DNA from: Microthyrium microscopicum
Lineage: Eukaryota
Length of the DNA stretch: 64,000 nt
Direction of reading: 5' to 3'
Assembly: GCA_010405405.1 (NCBI GenBank)
Contig: MU004243.1
Coordinates: 119,340 to 183,339 of the forward strand
Notes under the pieces: model-generated
The model's input: the letters and a program-made list of their open reading frames with translations, nothing else
What the model was told of the DNA's origin: nothing
Databases searched by the model: none
Part shown: positions 24,353-37,338 of the stretch, piece by piece
How the letters are laid out: each line of letters begins with the position of its first letter
How positions within the stretch are numbered: position 1 is the stretch's first letter
Program-made: the position numbers and the translations under genes

Positions 24353-24938
24353 CTACAGTCTCGCCGCAATTATCACACCATAAAACATGGTGACCAAAAT
24401 CTCAATCAAATTAACCATTGCACTTATTCCATGAAGTTTGCCGAAATCACTGTTGAGTTTCTTCATTTCTTCGCTCTTTGGACCTTCATCCCAATATTTC
24501 TTGCCTTCTTTCGTCTCTTGAGCTTTCCGGCGGCGCATTATTGATGTGGTTGTTGGTCCAAGGTAACCCCAGTTGACCATTCCACAAGCTGTCATGACAG
24601 CCAACGGTAATAAGATTGTGTTGAAGTTGCTGCTTTCCCAGACTCCAGCAAAACTTGAGTGTTGTAAAGCTGATGCTGCGGGATAAGTTGCTGCTAGAAC
24701 TACAGGCATGAGAGCTTGCATGCCGAAGAAGAGAGGGAAGATCTTTTGCTGTAGTTGGGAGAATTGTGGGCGTGGTAATGCTTGATAGGCTATAACGCCG
24801 CTGATTGATTGGAATATTTGGGATCCAAGAAGTGTTCCATAGCTTCATATTGTGAGTACAGGCATTGAGTCTGAAAATATGAACTTACCAGAGTAGATGA
24901 TATGGCGCAGGATTGAGAAAGCTTTGCAGGGACGCCAT
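24353..24938 (-). CDS. TMEM205-like / DUF4149 membrane protein, 2 exons
   Basis: PYHLL.|YGTLLGSQIFQS...LPRPQFSQLQQKIFPLFF..., ending FGKLHGISAMVNL. Confidence 0.8.
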
Positions 24939-25149
24939 ATTGCGATTGAATCAATTGGGATTGGTTTGATTTATGTATTGCTTCCCAGAATTGAAGTGCG
25001 CCAAACGGGTTGAAGAGAATTATATATGTGTGTTGAAGGTCTCTGACGAGTCGTCAGAGATAACTTTTGAAACCACTCGCCAACATCGGATCCCGGCCCT
25101 ACCGTACCTAGCCGACATCATCGCGTGGAACAAATGCCAAAATCCATCG

Positions 25150-25155
25150 ACGCGT
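25150..25155. promoter_or_regulatory. MCB box (ACGCGT) upstream of CTF8
   Basis: ACGCGT about 90 bp upstream of the CTF8 ATG, plus TCGCGT near 25121. Cohesion and replication genes are typical MBF targets. Confidence 0.4.
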
Positions 25156-25245
25156 CAAACAACACCATCTCCCAAATCTAGGGTCGCAATCTTCAGAAAA
25201 CCAACTTCAGAACTTTGTTTCGTGTTCCAGCAGTCCAGATTCAAG

Positions 25246-25698
25246 ATGCCTTCCGTCCCAATATTACCGTCTTCATCTCTCAGGGTCCCATTGAACTCAA
25301 CATCCGATTCCCTTCCCACTCTGCTCCAGACTCCCAGTGGCCTCGCGCTGGTTGAGCTTCAAGCCACGATTCACACGCCAAACCGAGTAGTAAAAGACGA
25401 TGAAGATGTTGCAATGGATGGCACTATACCACAGACGGTCGTAGGTAATCTGAGTTTTCCACTTTACGACCCTTCAACACCAGACGAAACGGCCTGGATG
25501 AAGAGTGTTCTCCTTTACATTGGCAAGCACCAGCTTCTCAAGGGAGAAGTAAAAAAGCTACCTAAAGCCATGGCTCTGGTCCGCAGACAGGACGGATCTA
25601 CCAGCGAGACAATGGAAATTGCTGAGATTGTGAGGTATAAGATTGTCTTTTCACAACGACCTGAGCCTGTTGGTGATGACGTTGCTCCAAGCACTTAA
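25246..25698 (+). CDS. CTF8: Chromosome transmission fidelity protein 8 (Ctf18-RFC subunit)
   Basis: MPSV start; LALVELQATIH, LYIGKHQLLKGEVKKLPK, EIAEIVRYKIVFSQRPEP. Confidence 0.9.
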   Translation: MPSVPILPSSSLRVPLNSTSDSLPTLLQTPSGLALVELQATIHTPNRVVKDDEDVAMDGTIPQTVVGNLSFPLYDPSTPDETAWMKSVLLYIGKHQLLKGEVKKLPKAMALVRRQDGSTSETMEIAEIVRYKIVFSQRPEPVGDDVAPST

Positions 25699-25975
25699 AA
25701 AGATCTGCTGTAGATATAAAAGCTGCTGTAATTTGCAACCTTTCAGACAGGCATGAGCACGGCAGCGCTTGTTCCTTGAGAGACGACTTGCTCGATAACC
25801 GCCTTTAAAGCAAGCCCTTTCTCATTTCGTACATCGCGGACATCACGAACTAGCTCCGGAGAAATTGATTCCGCTTATTATGGTATATCGAATCAGCTTA
25901 GTACTTACTGAGGTTTTGCTCAATGGAGAGTACCATTTCCTTCGTCGATTTTCACTCATCGTCAAATCTTAAAAG

Positions 25976-26721
25976 ATGGTTCACTTTCTTGCGGCTACTT
26001 TGGCCATTCTGGCAATTTTACAACTCGGCCTTGTCGCAGCCGCCGATGGACCTGGACTAAAGCGTACCAAGGGATACTACTGGGTTCGCGCTGTAACGGC
26101 ACCTAGTAAGATTCGCCCCGCAAGTTTGCTCTCTCTGTCATGGCATTACTGACCTCAAGAACTAGATTTCCATAAATATCTCCAGTCGAGTCCGCTCTAC
26201 AGCCCTGGGCCAGCGATACTTGGCAATCGCACAGCCGCTGGACAATTCAATATCGATTCATCTGGGCAACTGTACCAGCTAGTTGTCCGCACAGACAGCA
26301 AGGATTCAAAGGAGAAGATACCACAAGACATACCCAAGGATAACAGACACCTCTTTTTGACCGTCAGCTCTGAGAAAACCCATGGCGGGAAGACACTTGC
26401 GACCAGCTTGTCAGAGACTCCAAACAAGTTTGGGAAGTTCGCCTTTCAAGGTGATACCTTGACTTGGTCTGGACCAGAAAAGAGACCTCAGGAAAATGCT
26501 TGTAAGCTTATACATTTCTTCCCCATGACAACTGCCGCTCTCTCTAATCCTGAATAGGGCTTGTCTGTGCAGGTCAAAGGCTTTTTATCAATCTGAGCGG
26601 CTTCAAGTCTCCAACCTCAGGTAAGTACCAACCTCTGACGGCGAGAGATTGCCGCTCCTAACACATAACAGAATGCGCTGAACAAACGATACATTACTTC
26701 AATGGCGAACATGTCGATTGA
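25976..26721 (+). CDS. Conserved small secreted fungal protein of unknown function, 4 exons
   Basis: Signal peptide MVHFLAATLAILAILQLGLVAA. Spliced product YWVRAVTAPNFHKYLQS...AGQFNI..GQL...FAFQGDTLTW...AWLVC..Q.LFINL...CAEQTIHYFNG. Canonical introns. Confidence 0.75.
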
Positions 26722-26789
26722 CAGCAGTAGCTCATATACGATTTCTATGTACCGAATTTCCTGCGTTGTACATATTTCTAACATGAAGC

Positions 26790-28375
26790 CTAAGCCCAGT
26801 ACTCACTCTTATCATGATTCGACTTCCATCTCATAAAGTAACACGCAAATGGGAACACTGTAGTATTAACAGCAGCCCACGCGAACAAAATCCCAAAGTC
26901 CAACCCAATCCTCGAATGCAAATCAAACAGTATCTGCCGACTACCCTCAACCACCGAATGCAATGGAAACGCATACCCATAGTAATAGAAATGCGGCTCA
27001 ATATCAATATCGTAAAACGCTGTACTGACGTTCGAAATGACCCAGAAGATCAACCAGAGCCCCGTCCAAGGATTACCAATGAACATGGCCATATTCTCAT
27101 TCGCCAAGCCCAAGGCGCACATGCCCACGAAGTTCAATGCCCAGTAGACGGGAAATGTGCCATGACCGTATGCGCTTGGATTGCTGAGTTCGATTTGACT
27201 GGCTTCGGTTTGAGGGAGTGGAGACGGATAGCCGGCGAAATTTATCTGAAATGCTAGGGAGACGAAGCTGTATGCGAGTGAGAGGAAAAAGTACGCGGTA
27301 ACGGTTGCGAGCCAGCGCCAGATGATTAGTTGGTAGAAGTGCAAAGGTGGATGGCCTTGGGGTTTGATGTATTTCATGTGGATTGGAAGGTAGAAAGAGA
27401 ACGAGAAGAAGGATAAGATGATGAGATCTGTGGTTAGGTAAGTACGAGGATATTTACGTTGAGAGCCCTTTTCAGAGGGCGTTGATACGTACAAATTAGA
27501 CCAATGCTGACTGCTGGTATGGTAGTGTATGGATACAGAGGTCGGAGATTGAACTGCGAAAAGCCAATAGCTGGACTGATAGCTTGCGGCACCGTCTGGA
27601 GATTTTGCAATATGGTCGGATTTGCTGCAGCACGCTGTAAGGCTGTCTTTGCCCATGTCTCTTGAACTTGGGCGCTCGCCTGCGTCATGAACATATTGAC
27701 CAGAGGACCAATAAAGTCGTACCAATTCGTATCGTCACGCGAGTCCATGTATATGAGCTGGCAAGCGCCAAGGGGGTCGTATGATGCATTGCCGTTCTGT
27801 ATGGCTGAATACAGCATAGAGGTAGCGTTGGGATTTATGATGATCGCCGCCCACGCTTTGAAATCGTACACTGCTTGTCGAACTTGCATGGGATCATTGT
27901 TAAAATCCGAGGCTGGAAGAGATCCCCATCCTAGATGACTTGGATTTTGAAGCTGCTTCATGGCTGTTTGGACAATTGTTGGTCCGACGATTGGTGGGTT
28001 GCCAGTGTTATATGGAGCGATGCCATCAAAGTCGACAACATAGATCACAAGTGAGGCGATATTCTTGTCGGCGTGGAACAGTGCTCCCCAGTCTGCAGGT
28101 TGGTTAGACTTTGATCACTGCTTATTTGAAGGCCTATCTTACAAATTGAAAGCGCAGACAGAATGAACGCCATAAGCACCACGGCTGCGAATCGATTAGC
28201 AAATAGGACATGGAAGCAGCTGGGCTTCGTTACTCGTGAGCAACCATCTCTTGATTACTCCTTTTCGCACAGTCTTCATACTCGGATCCCAGAATCCAAC
28301 TGGCTTTGGTGGTTGTGACTTGCCACTACCTTCCTCCGCGCCGTTCATGTCGCGATCCTCGCTCTTTTCACCCAT
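26790..28375 (-). CDS. SNG1-like nitrosoguanidine resistance membrane protein (DUF3533), multi-exon
   Basis: VGFWDP N-terminus, IYVVDFDG, AVYDFKAWAAIIINPNAT, IGLI.LIILSFF, WLIFWVISNVS, FYYYGYAFPLH. Confidence 0.82.
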
Positions 28376-29184
28376 ATTTTCGTTGATATTCAAGCTTAAC
28401 TCGACACTGATATTGATAGAGTTTGTTTCTGGTATTAGCTCCAAGAAGGTTTAAAATTGATCGGAATGGTGGTTACATGAATATCATTGAATCGACGGAT
28501 CGGGCGGGAACTGCTACTCTATTCATAGAAGAAGAATGGTGGTCATAGATAGGTATGGCAAAAGCGCATCGTTCTGAATCAGTTACACGTCATTTTTGAT
28601 GGATATTACAAAACAAAATCTTAAAACGTAGTAAAATTGTAATTATTTCCATGGGATTTCGTGCATGGAATTGAATTTGCAGGCCAGAAAAAGTAGTGAT
28701 GTCAACGATGCTGATCGTCAGGGACAGTGCGGAACGTCAGCAAAATGATCAGAATAACGGTCACTAGGTAGCTGTTCATGACTCTCAATGGGTTAGACCC
28801 AAATGTACCCTCACTTCTACACGCCATTATAGTTGGGTGGATAGACTAACATATCGTGTGCTACCAAGTTTTCCCATTATATCTTCACGGTGGGTAGCGA
28901 AGCCAACAGGTGCTGTTACTGCTCTGCGTTATCTTCTAATCCGATTTGGCATTGTTATTCCTAGATGTACCCTGTGACGATAAAACAATATGATTATGAA
29001 ATCAAACCGTCTTGAGGCGATCTTAATACATTACTAACAAACTTCTTGTTTTGTCGTAGGACGCTCATGTAACATTTAGGTCAAAAGAGTACTTATGGTA
29101 CATAGTATCTGAAACTCAATTGTCGAAACCATGCATTTATGATTTGACCACAAGTTAGTAGGCTAACCTTATGAATCATTCAAA

Positions 29185-30379
29185 CTAAATCTCATCCTTG
29201 ACGACCACGGTAGCATCCAACTCGGCAGGAACAGAAGTGTCTATCTCTGCCAGCTCTGACTTCAGTTCAACGAGTCTCTCTTCAACCATAGATAGCCGTT
29301 CTGACACCAAATCCAAGCGGTGTTGAGCCTTTGCAAGCTCTTCTGTCCTCGACCGGTGCGTATTCTGGTTTTGCTTCAGATTGCTTTCTGCTTTAGCTAT
29401 TTCTCTAAGTTTCGCCTTTCGAGCTATTTCGGGAGTCATCGGCTGATTTTGTGGGCGGTGACCAGACCCTTGATTTCGAAAGACCTTGATTTGATTGACG
29501 AAATTTTGAAGTCTGGCTTGTCTGAGAGGTTTGTTGGGATCGGAATTGCCCATGCTGTAGTCATCGCCTTCTTGCTTCACTTGCACGTCGCTGACATTTT
29601 GCTGGATTGATTCATCGAGTTCTTCCGTCTTGACTACTGGATCCGTATTTGATGTAGCAGTAAGGTCGAGTCCGCTCAATATGTTGATGGCATCATCGAG
29701 TGTCTTCTCAAGTGCTTTTGCTCGAGTTCCACTTCTGAGATTTCGCTGTTATATCTATTAGTCCCGAACACCAAATTCTGGAGCCTCGAAGCCCTTACTG
29801 GTGTGCGAATGCCTCGACGTGCACGGGGTTGACGTGGAGGAATTTGACTTGGGGTGTTTTGGCCTGGAGCGATTTGGCCTGGAGCGATTTGACCTGGAGC
29901 GATTTGACCTGGAGCGATTTGACCCGGAGGTATTTGACCCGTACGGATTTGATCTGTACGTTTTTTGCGCTTCTGGAATCCTCCGCTCTTGCTCACGGCT
30001 GGGTTGGCATTGTCCTAAAATTATGATTAGCGATATTTCAGTAGGCAGTCAATCGATGGACGGAACAACTGGCGCACGCGGCGTCTCTATCAAGTTCTTT
30101 GGTTTCTACCTGTCACGCACGTTGGAACTGTTAGGTAGTCCTTCTCCCGAGTGCGAAGAAAATCGCACGGCTGACTGAGAAGTATGGGATGCAGAGAGTG
30201 GCTGTTCACATGGGGTGACGGTAGCCGTCAGACTTGATGGACGCACGCCGTGGGATTTGTTCATCGGTTGAAAGTGTTCGGTGCTGCAATTTGTCGCACT
30301 TAGACCAGCCGCTTACCTTTTGTTGTGGCGCTGACTGTTCAGACTGTGTTCCAGCTCGGGATTTCTTCTTTCTCGCCAT
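29185..30379 (-). CDS. Orphan protein with GQIAP repeats and C-terminal coiled coil, probably 3 exons
   Basis: MARKKKSR..QK|DNANPAVSKSGG...(GQIAP)n...GIRTP|RNLRSGTRAKALEKTLDDAINILSG... Two GTAAG...AG introns with CTAAT branch points join ORFs 30206-30403, 29676-29996 and 29185-29679 in frame. Confidence 0.6.
29842..29952. repeat. Coding 15-bp minisatellite (CCTGGAGCGATTTGA)n, about 7 units, 4 near-perfect
   Basis: Directly visible tandem array encoding DQIRT-GQIPP-GQIAP x4-GQNTP-SQIPP. Confidence 0.9.
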
Positions 30380-31036
30380 GTCGCGGAGATGTGAGGCACG
30401 CAAGTTGCGGACCTAGGTTTTGAGAGATGGAGCGGTTTGTAATTTTTACGAAGGTGAGATGAAATATCTATGGCACAGGCAAGACAAGCTAGGCAAAAAA
30501 CGTGGGTGCCATCAGGCTAGGTACTTGGGACAGCGCTAGTGACCACGAGGCAAGTATTCAAAGGCAGTGACTACCAGGCTTTAGAGTCAAGAGGCAGGTG
30601 CGACCTGAACCTACCTTCCAGAGTAAACAAATGAGGTCGCCAGTAGAAGGGGAAACTCCTTGTATCGCCCCTTCGTGCTTGGTCATGCCGACCTCGAGCA
30701 TAAGAATTTGGTATTGAGGTTGGCACACATATCTTTGGTCAAATCTAGTCCGACATAAAAGGTTGACTACTTACTAGTACTTAGACAGGTACCTACCTTC
30801 AACACGCTGCAAAAGTGACTGGTCATCTCCATTCTGCAAGCTTCTGAGGTCTCTATCTTTGTCGTTACTGGTAGGTAATTTATGCGCTCGGATACCTACA
30901 TAATGCCCGAGAACTACAGTATCATTTCATGATGGTACTGCATTTCATACTTGTGGTTGAGTATGCTATGGTATTGAAAATAACGTTGCTCTTGGGCCAA
31001 CAAGGCAAGTAGATATTCTTCAAGGCTAAACAGAGC

Positions 31037-31981
31037 TCACTTGCTATTTGGTTCGTTATCGGTTTCTCTAGGCTCTTCTTTCTCGGTTTCTTTAATTTCG
31101 CCTTCTTCTGTTTCTTCCACGAAAGCTGCTCCTAAGTTATGCTCGTCTATCTCTTTCTGCAGTTGACGTGACTCCTTCTTCAGTTCTTCCAAGCGACGTT
31201 TCTTCTTCTCTATTACTTCATCCAGCTGATCATTAGACACCTTGCGCTCCTCGTCCAGACTTCCATGTGCCGCCCGCTTCAATTCCCGTTCCAAAGCCGG
31301 GTCCATTGCCTCATTGGGCTCATTTCCCCGATTATGCCAATTCGGATGCGGGTGGAGCGCCCAAGAACTTTTGCGACGATTCGACCAGTTGTCATGCAAA
31401 GTGTCGGCATTCGCATTTTTACGAACGGCCTGGGCAATTCGTTCGCCTTTTCTTACTCGTCGTTGCCACTCCTGGCAATGAGTAGCCAGCCAGTTCGCAT
31501 ATCGTTTTATGCGAGCATTCTTCCTCTTTTGCTTGTGGAGCTCGATCATGAGCCACCGCCGTCGCGTCATGAGCTCCTGGAGCTTTTCGCTACAGAGGCC
31601 CTTCCATAGTGGTTGCGGTGGGAAGAACCGGAGAGTCTGTGTGCTTCTGTAGCGCACTAGATTTGCTCGCCATCCGGGTTCAAACAAGGCCTATTAAATT
31701 GATTAGACCTATAGATTGAACAAGCTCAGTACATTACTTTTCTGCGTCTTTTCTCCGCGAGCCGGTGTTTGTCTGGGAAGCCAGGTTTCAAGAACCCAGG
31801 CGTATAGTTCTTCACAGTTTTCACCACCTGCAACATGTTTGAGCATTTGGGTAAGAATTTGGTGATCGAGCAAGTGACTCACCTTTCCTAATATCTCGCC
31901 TAATGCCTCTGAACCAATCTTGAGTCTGCCATAATTCTGGAATAGAGTAGCTTTGAGAAGTGCACGTTTGCGACCCATCAT
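31037..31981 (-). CDS. Hypothetical basic/coiled-coil protein, 2 exons
   Basis: ORFs 31709-31981 and 31037-31687 are separated by a GTAATG...CTAAT...TAG intron-like segment. Charged coiled-coil C-terminus; no recognised domain. Confidence 0.5.
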
Positions 31982-32673
31982 GGCATTTGGTCATTTCAGC
32001 TTTTAGACAAACAAGATAAGTTCAGTATGAGGCAGTTGCTGTATTGAAAACGAGCCCCGAGTGTAATCGGAGAGAGGGATGTTTTGCGGCGTGGAGACGA
32101 AGTTGATCAACACCGACTTGGATTGACATTATAGATGTCGAGCACAAATACGTAAGCACGACCCATCCTAAAAGCAGTTACGAGATGATCAGGGATGGGA
32201 AGTAATGGCATTCTTTATTTTTGATATATGCTCCGAGAAGTCAAGCGCGATGCGTTGTTCCGCTGCTGTGTCTCGACGAAGTGGATGTCCTGGTGAGATC
32301 TTACATATCCTACAATTTCCAGCTTACTGTGTTTAGTACCGTTAAAGCTTGCCAAATTGTGTAAACAATGACACTTCAGATAATAATCCGATTCTTATAG
32401 TTCATGAGTCCCCTTCTCCTAATTGGTCAGCCTGATACCTACCCCAGTTGACTCCACTCCGCTCGCAATTGCCTCTCGAGTCTTGCATTCCATCACTGCA
32501 ACTTCATCCTCCCGCCCTACTCAATATCACATCAAGGTTTCCAGAAACTAACACTTCTTTATACTCACAATCAGCTCACACATTCCTTTCAAACTTTGGA
32601 CTCACCGGGAACGCACAAATCCAACCTCGGCAACGCGAGCCCAATCGGGCACCCACCACAAAAATCCCATACC

Positions 32674-33781
32674 ATGCTGCAGACACTCTTACGCACCGAA
32701 CCCGACGACCCCAGCATCGTCGAGCCCGAGGATCTTTTCAGCAGCGCTCTAAGCACCCTCTTCCCAGATGATTGCACAGTCCAGCATGGCGATACGCAGA
32801 GCGCTTTAGTGTACGCCAGCGCATATGGTAGTCTGAGACTGCGCTGTGCTGATGTGAATGGTGAGACTGAGAGGACCAAGTTTGCGCATTATTTGTGGAA
32901 TGCGGGTCTTTTGATGGGTGAGCTGGTGGGAGGACCTGGGAAGGAGGCGCTAGAGGATCGAGCGGAATTGAAGGATCTGAAGGGCGGGTGGTAAGTGAAA
33001 TGAAAGGATCTTTCCGTGGTGGAATGCATGGCATTGAATTTGTGGTGTAATTACTGACAGGTCTAGGTGGGTAGATGGAGAGGAAGAGAGTCGGTGGCTG
33101 ACCATGGATCAAAGTGTACTGGAGCTGGGAGCAGGTGAGTCGCGAAGCTCGCTAATTGTGTCCTAGAGGTTAAATGGTTCCTTTTCAGGTGTTGGTCTTG
33201 CTGGAATTGTGAGCATACTTGCTGGTGCGAGGAAGGTAAGTATCAAACCCGACAGAAGTGGTTAAAGAGGACTTCGCATTTACCAACTCCATGCTAAAAG
33301 CTGCACGTAGGTTGTTTCTACAGACTATCCAGCTCCAGCCTTGATCAAAACGCTCGAGCTGAACGTGCACAAAAACACCCCATCTGAAATAATGGGCAAC
33401 GTCTCAGTAGAGCCTCATCTTTGGGGTGATATCACTTCAAAGTGGGCAAAGTCTCAAGCCCATAGCTTCACCAGAATTCTTGCAGCGGATACCTTGTGGC
33501 TAGCAGGACAGCATGAAAACTTAGCACAATCGATGGCACATTTTCTAGCCCGTGAAAGTTCGGCGAGGGTGTTCATGGTTGCAGGATTCCACACTGGTAG
33601 AGCTAAGGTTGCTCATTTCTTTGAGATCATCGACAGTGTGCGGCTAGTTATTGAGGATATATATGAAATGGATGTGACAGGCAACCGGCGGGAGTGGAGT
33701 ACATGTAGGCAAGATCCTGTTGGAAGTGGGAAGAGATGGCTGGTTCTTGCAATATTGCGATGGAAAGACGGAGTTATATGA
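32674..33781 (+). CDS. NNT1: Protein N-terminal/lysine methyltransferase Efm7/Nnt1 (METTL21/family-16 type), multi-exon
   Basis: EDLFSSAL..LFPDD...QHGD, FAHYLWNAG, VLELGAG|VGLAGI, TDYP, HLWG, ILAADTLW, VAGFHTGR. Confidence 0.85.
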
Positions 33782-34080
33782 TGAAAGGAATGGCACGGTG
33801 GGTGCTCAGGTGTTCTCATAATACTGGGAAAGAAAGCTCCTAGAGAGTCGGATTGCTGAAGTCGTGCATGGTACGGAGCTAAGATGATCAGCGGAAGAAG
33901 TTGGAATTTATTATGGTAGTGAATATTCGAAGCACGCAACATAAAGCTGGACCGTCAGTATCGCTGACATAATGTAAAACATTGAGGCTTTCTTAATCCT
34001 TCATAAACAAGAACTTGTACCTCGTACACGAAAAGTTCTGACGAATATGGCGTAGATCCCTGCTAAAGATGTTTCCAAAT

Positions 34081-34440
34081 CTATAGCATTCCCAAAACAG
34101 CCAGACCCAATCCAATGGCTCCTCCTGTAAAGGGTACGCCAATTGGCATAGCTGCGTTACCAGTTGCGCTTGCGACCGCACTGCTTGCGCTGGATGATGC
34201 ACTGGACAATTTGCTAGTAACGCTGCCGGCAACACTGGAGACTGCTGATCTGGCGCTGCTTACAGCACCGTTGGTGGAAGCCTCGGATGCAATGGAGGAG
34301 ACGACTGATGAAGCATCAGACAAAACAGATCCGGCGATGCTGGTGCCTTGGCTGATGATGGACGCGATTGCTCCTTGAGTTGTGGTTTGAGCAGTTACTG
34401 CAGAGGCAAGGACTGCGAAGATGATGGTTTGTGGCTTCAT
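34081..34440 (-). CDS. Small Ser/Ala-rich secreted, probably GPI-anchored cell-wall protein
   Basis: Signal peptide MKPQTIIFAVLASAVTA, S/A-rich body, TGNAA omega-like site and hydrophobic tail. Confidence 0.85.
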   Translation of the reverse strand: MKPQTIIFAVLASAVTAQTTTQGAIASIISQGTSIAGSVLSDASSVVSSIASEASTNGAVSSARSAVSSVAGSVTSKLSSASSSASSAVASATGNAAMPIGVPFTGGAIGLGLAVLGML

Positions 34441-35622
34441 GTTGAAAGATTGTAGGGGTCGGAAGTTTATTGGCTGAAGTAGGAATCGTTGTTGAAGGGA
34501 GGAGAGATAGAAAATTTACTCAAAGAAGAGGACGCTGCCCATTCTTATGTGTTTTCCTTTCTTTCAAGTTTCTCCTGAATCTACGATCATCCGCGATTGG
34601 GGCGTGAACTAAGTAGTGCTAGGCAAAGCTTGGACATTGATATTTAGATTGATCAGCTTGATCAGCTTCGTAGGTAATTGGCAATATAATGGGCGTAGCT
34701 AGGTAGCTTCTTTGCCCAGCTTCTTGAGCGTCTTCGATTGATGAAGAAAGTAAGCGTTATCATGGCATAATTATAAGCATGATGGACAGTATCACACCAC
34801 TCAGCCTTCCGCGTGCGCGTTCTTCCAATTCAAGAGATCTTAAACACTCGAAGAATGTACGACGGGGAAGGTTGGAATGATCCTTGACCACGCGGCACGC
34901 CACGCTAATGCGATTCACTGACACTCCGTCTGTAAGCTAGCACCCCTACCTAGTGCAAAATCTGCCAACTTCACGGAACGTGAACCGGGTATCGGGATGG
35001 ATCAATAGTTGTTGATTTTTATATATCCTGTGGTTGACTTCTTTTTCGCTCAGACTGCCTTTACGAATACACCTCGTTTTCGTGCCCGTCGCGCACAACT
35101 CATATCTTTTGGAGGTCCCTCTACTTTGCGCTCTATGCTGTCCCGGTCAACGTCTCCAGAACAGTGCCCCCCTTGGCAGCATCTACCGCAGTAGCACTAT
35201 CCGGGGAGAATTTGGATTTGTCCAACTCGTCGCGCCAACTAGCTCGACAACCGGAGAGCTTACGAATGTCGCTGATGCCCTGCAGGCTTCGAACAACCAC
35301 TGCTGCCACTCAGCTTCGTTCCTGGATGTTCTCATCGTTCTTGGCTCTTCTGATCAGGAAGCTTGGCAGACGAGATGCTTATAATTGAATTCTCATAAGT
35401 CGTACACAATGGCAGTGCATTCAAATGTGAGGCCAGTACTACATTGCACAAGAAGAACCCCTAGTAGCGGACAACCGGTCAAAGTGTAAGGCTGTATACG
35501 ATGGGGTGCTTAACTATCTTCAGTCGCCTGCTCGGGCACAAGCATACCTTATTCTTGTCTTCATTCAATTCTGGAACGGCATCATATCTGAGAATCGCTA
35601 GAACGTCAATTTCGGTGCAAAT

Positions 35623-37170
35623 ATGTACAACCCAACCCCTATCATCCGTGGTGCGCTAGGCCATGAGCTTTCCTACAGTCTGACGAGACCTTATCCCCGA
35701 GGCCGTTGGTATAGTTCTAAGCTCGTAGTTTCCACTATCTTTTTGATCCTCTTGGTCTTGTTCGCTACCTTCAATCTAGCCAATACAGGTTACGGTTTGC
35801 AGCCTCGCTATACGACCAATCCGAACGACACTAAAGAAGAGCTGCATTGGTTTAATCACAAGCTATTTACATTCGGTGATACAAAATTGAGCCCGGATTG
35901 CCAGCCTATTGACATACCCATCGGATTTCAATTCATGACGACCAACCTTGGTTTGCACTACACAGTGACAGAGATCAGGCACAAGGTGAGCGGGATGGAG
36001 GTTCATCCCTCACAAGTGTCTTACACCAACAACACTTTGCAAAATTGCGAAGTTGACAAAATCGATACCCGTCTTCAAAAAGCCGATCGCTCACCTCCTG
36101 GCGGATATTTCTGGAGCTGGCAAACCAGTGCTCCATCTGTTTGGGCTTCTTGTGATGTAGAGAATGAAGAGGGTGTCTTTAGAATCTTCTTCAAGACCGG
36201 TAGTATTGATCTAAGCAGCTATAGCTACGTGGCAGACTATAATCATACCACACACGCCAGCACTTGGTGGGGAACGCGTATCTTGAACAACTACTTCTTC
36301 GGTTTACGAGTAGTGATGGCTGGAAACCTGCCAGATAGTGGAAAGCAGAGTCTGGATCTCACTCTGGTCGATTTCTCCTTCTCTCCTGGATCAACAAAAG
36401 ACATGAGAAGTCAGAACCTTTTTAACCCTCACTGGGCTTACTTGACGGCGTCAGGCGGCACCGACAATGGATACGCATCGCGACTAGGTCGCAACCCAAC
36501 TATGCTATACAACAACGCTACTGTTCCATTTTGGAGGCCAATAACCGAAGCATTCTTTTTCGCCAAGGTCATGCGATCTCTTGTTCTCGTTGATCTCGGA
36601 GATAACAAAACCTCAAACCTGTTACTTGACGAGGATTTACTGCAATACGCATTGAGCGCTGACGATGATTTCAATCGAAAAGACAACGCGCCCCTGGGTA
36701 CAAACGCTGACAAAGATCATGCCCCTTGGAAATCAGTCCACGGTATTCCTTCTCCTGATACGAAAACCGGCAAATGGGCAAACATGACAGACGCCTATGC
36801 TCAATTCAGGCACATGACGGGGCGGCTTGAGACAAAGAAGGCGTCTATTTACACACAGTACACATGTTCAGTGCCCCAGGCCAAGGGTGTAGCTACTGCT
36901 CTTTTGTTTACGTTAGTGACCACGCTTGCACTCCTGCAGACTTCGTGGATGATCTTCAAGTGGCTGACTGAGCTGGCAATGGCTCATGATCCTATGGTGA
37001 TGTACTGCTCGGGATGTTTGTCCCGAGGACTTGAATTGACCTTCTCAAGTGATGCAACTGGGCATGAACATTCTTATAGGGGTTCTAGAAGCGGCGGAGA
37101 GAGTATGGTCAGCGCATCAGCACTATTGCAACAAAAGAATCGGTCGGAAAGCTCAGACGAAGAGAGATGA
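35623..37170 (+). CDS. Hypothetical membrane glycoprotein (515 aa, two TM segments)
   Basis: Long uninterrupted ORF with N-terminal SYSLTRPYP plus TM, C-terminal YTCSVPQ.K plus TM, and many N-glycosylation sequons. Confidence 0.75.
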   Translation: MYNPTPIIRGALGHELSYSLTRPYPRGRWYSSKLVVSTIFLILLVLFATFNLANTGYGLQPRYTTNPNDTKEELHWFNHKLFTFGDTKLSPDCQPIDIPIGFQFMTTNLGLHYTVTEIRHKVSGMEVHPSQVSYTNNTLQNCEVDKIDTRLQKADRSPPGGYFWSWQTSAPSVWASCDVENEEGVFRIFFKTGSIDLSSYSYVADYNHTTHASTWWGTRILNNYFFGLRVVMAGNLPDSGKQSLDLTLVDFSFSPGSTKDMRSQNLFNPHWAYLTASGGTDNGYASRLGRNPTMLYNNATVPFWRPITEAFFFAKVMRSLVLVDLGDNKTSNLLLDEDLLQYALSADDDFNRKDNAPLGTNADKDHAPWKSVHGIPSPDTKTGKWANMTDAYAQFRHMTGRLETKKASIYTQYTCSVPQAKGVATALLFTLVTTLALLQTSWMIFKWLTELAMAHDPMVMYCSGCLSRGLELTFSSDATGHEHSYRGSRSGGESMVSASALLQQKNRSESSDEER

Positions 37171-37338
37171 AACTGAACCTTCGATTATACAGGGCAATAA
37201 ATTTGGTCACACATCAAGCAACGCAATACTGCATCTACTATGGCTTTTGACACTGTCATTAATAGTAAAAAGCATCATGTGGTACATCAACAACTCATGA
37301 AGAGAGCGCAATGGATGGCGCAGTTCGTCACTCATAGC

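Noticed and set aside
24973..25245. N-terminal extension of the CTF8 ORF in the ORF track
   Set aside because: Overlaps the divergent promoter shared with the TMEM205-like gene; Ctf8 similarity starts at MPSV (25246).
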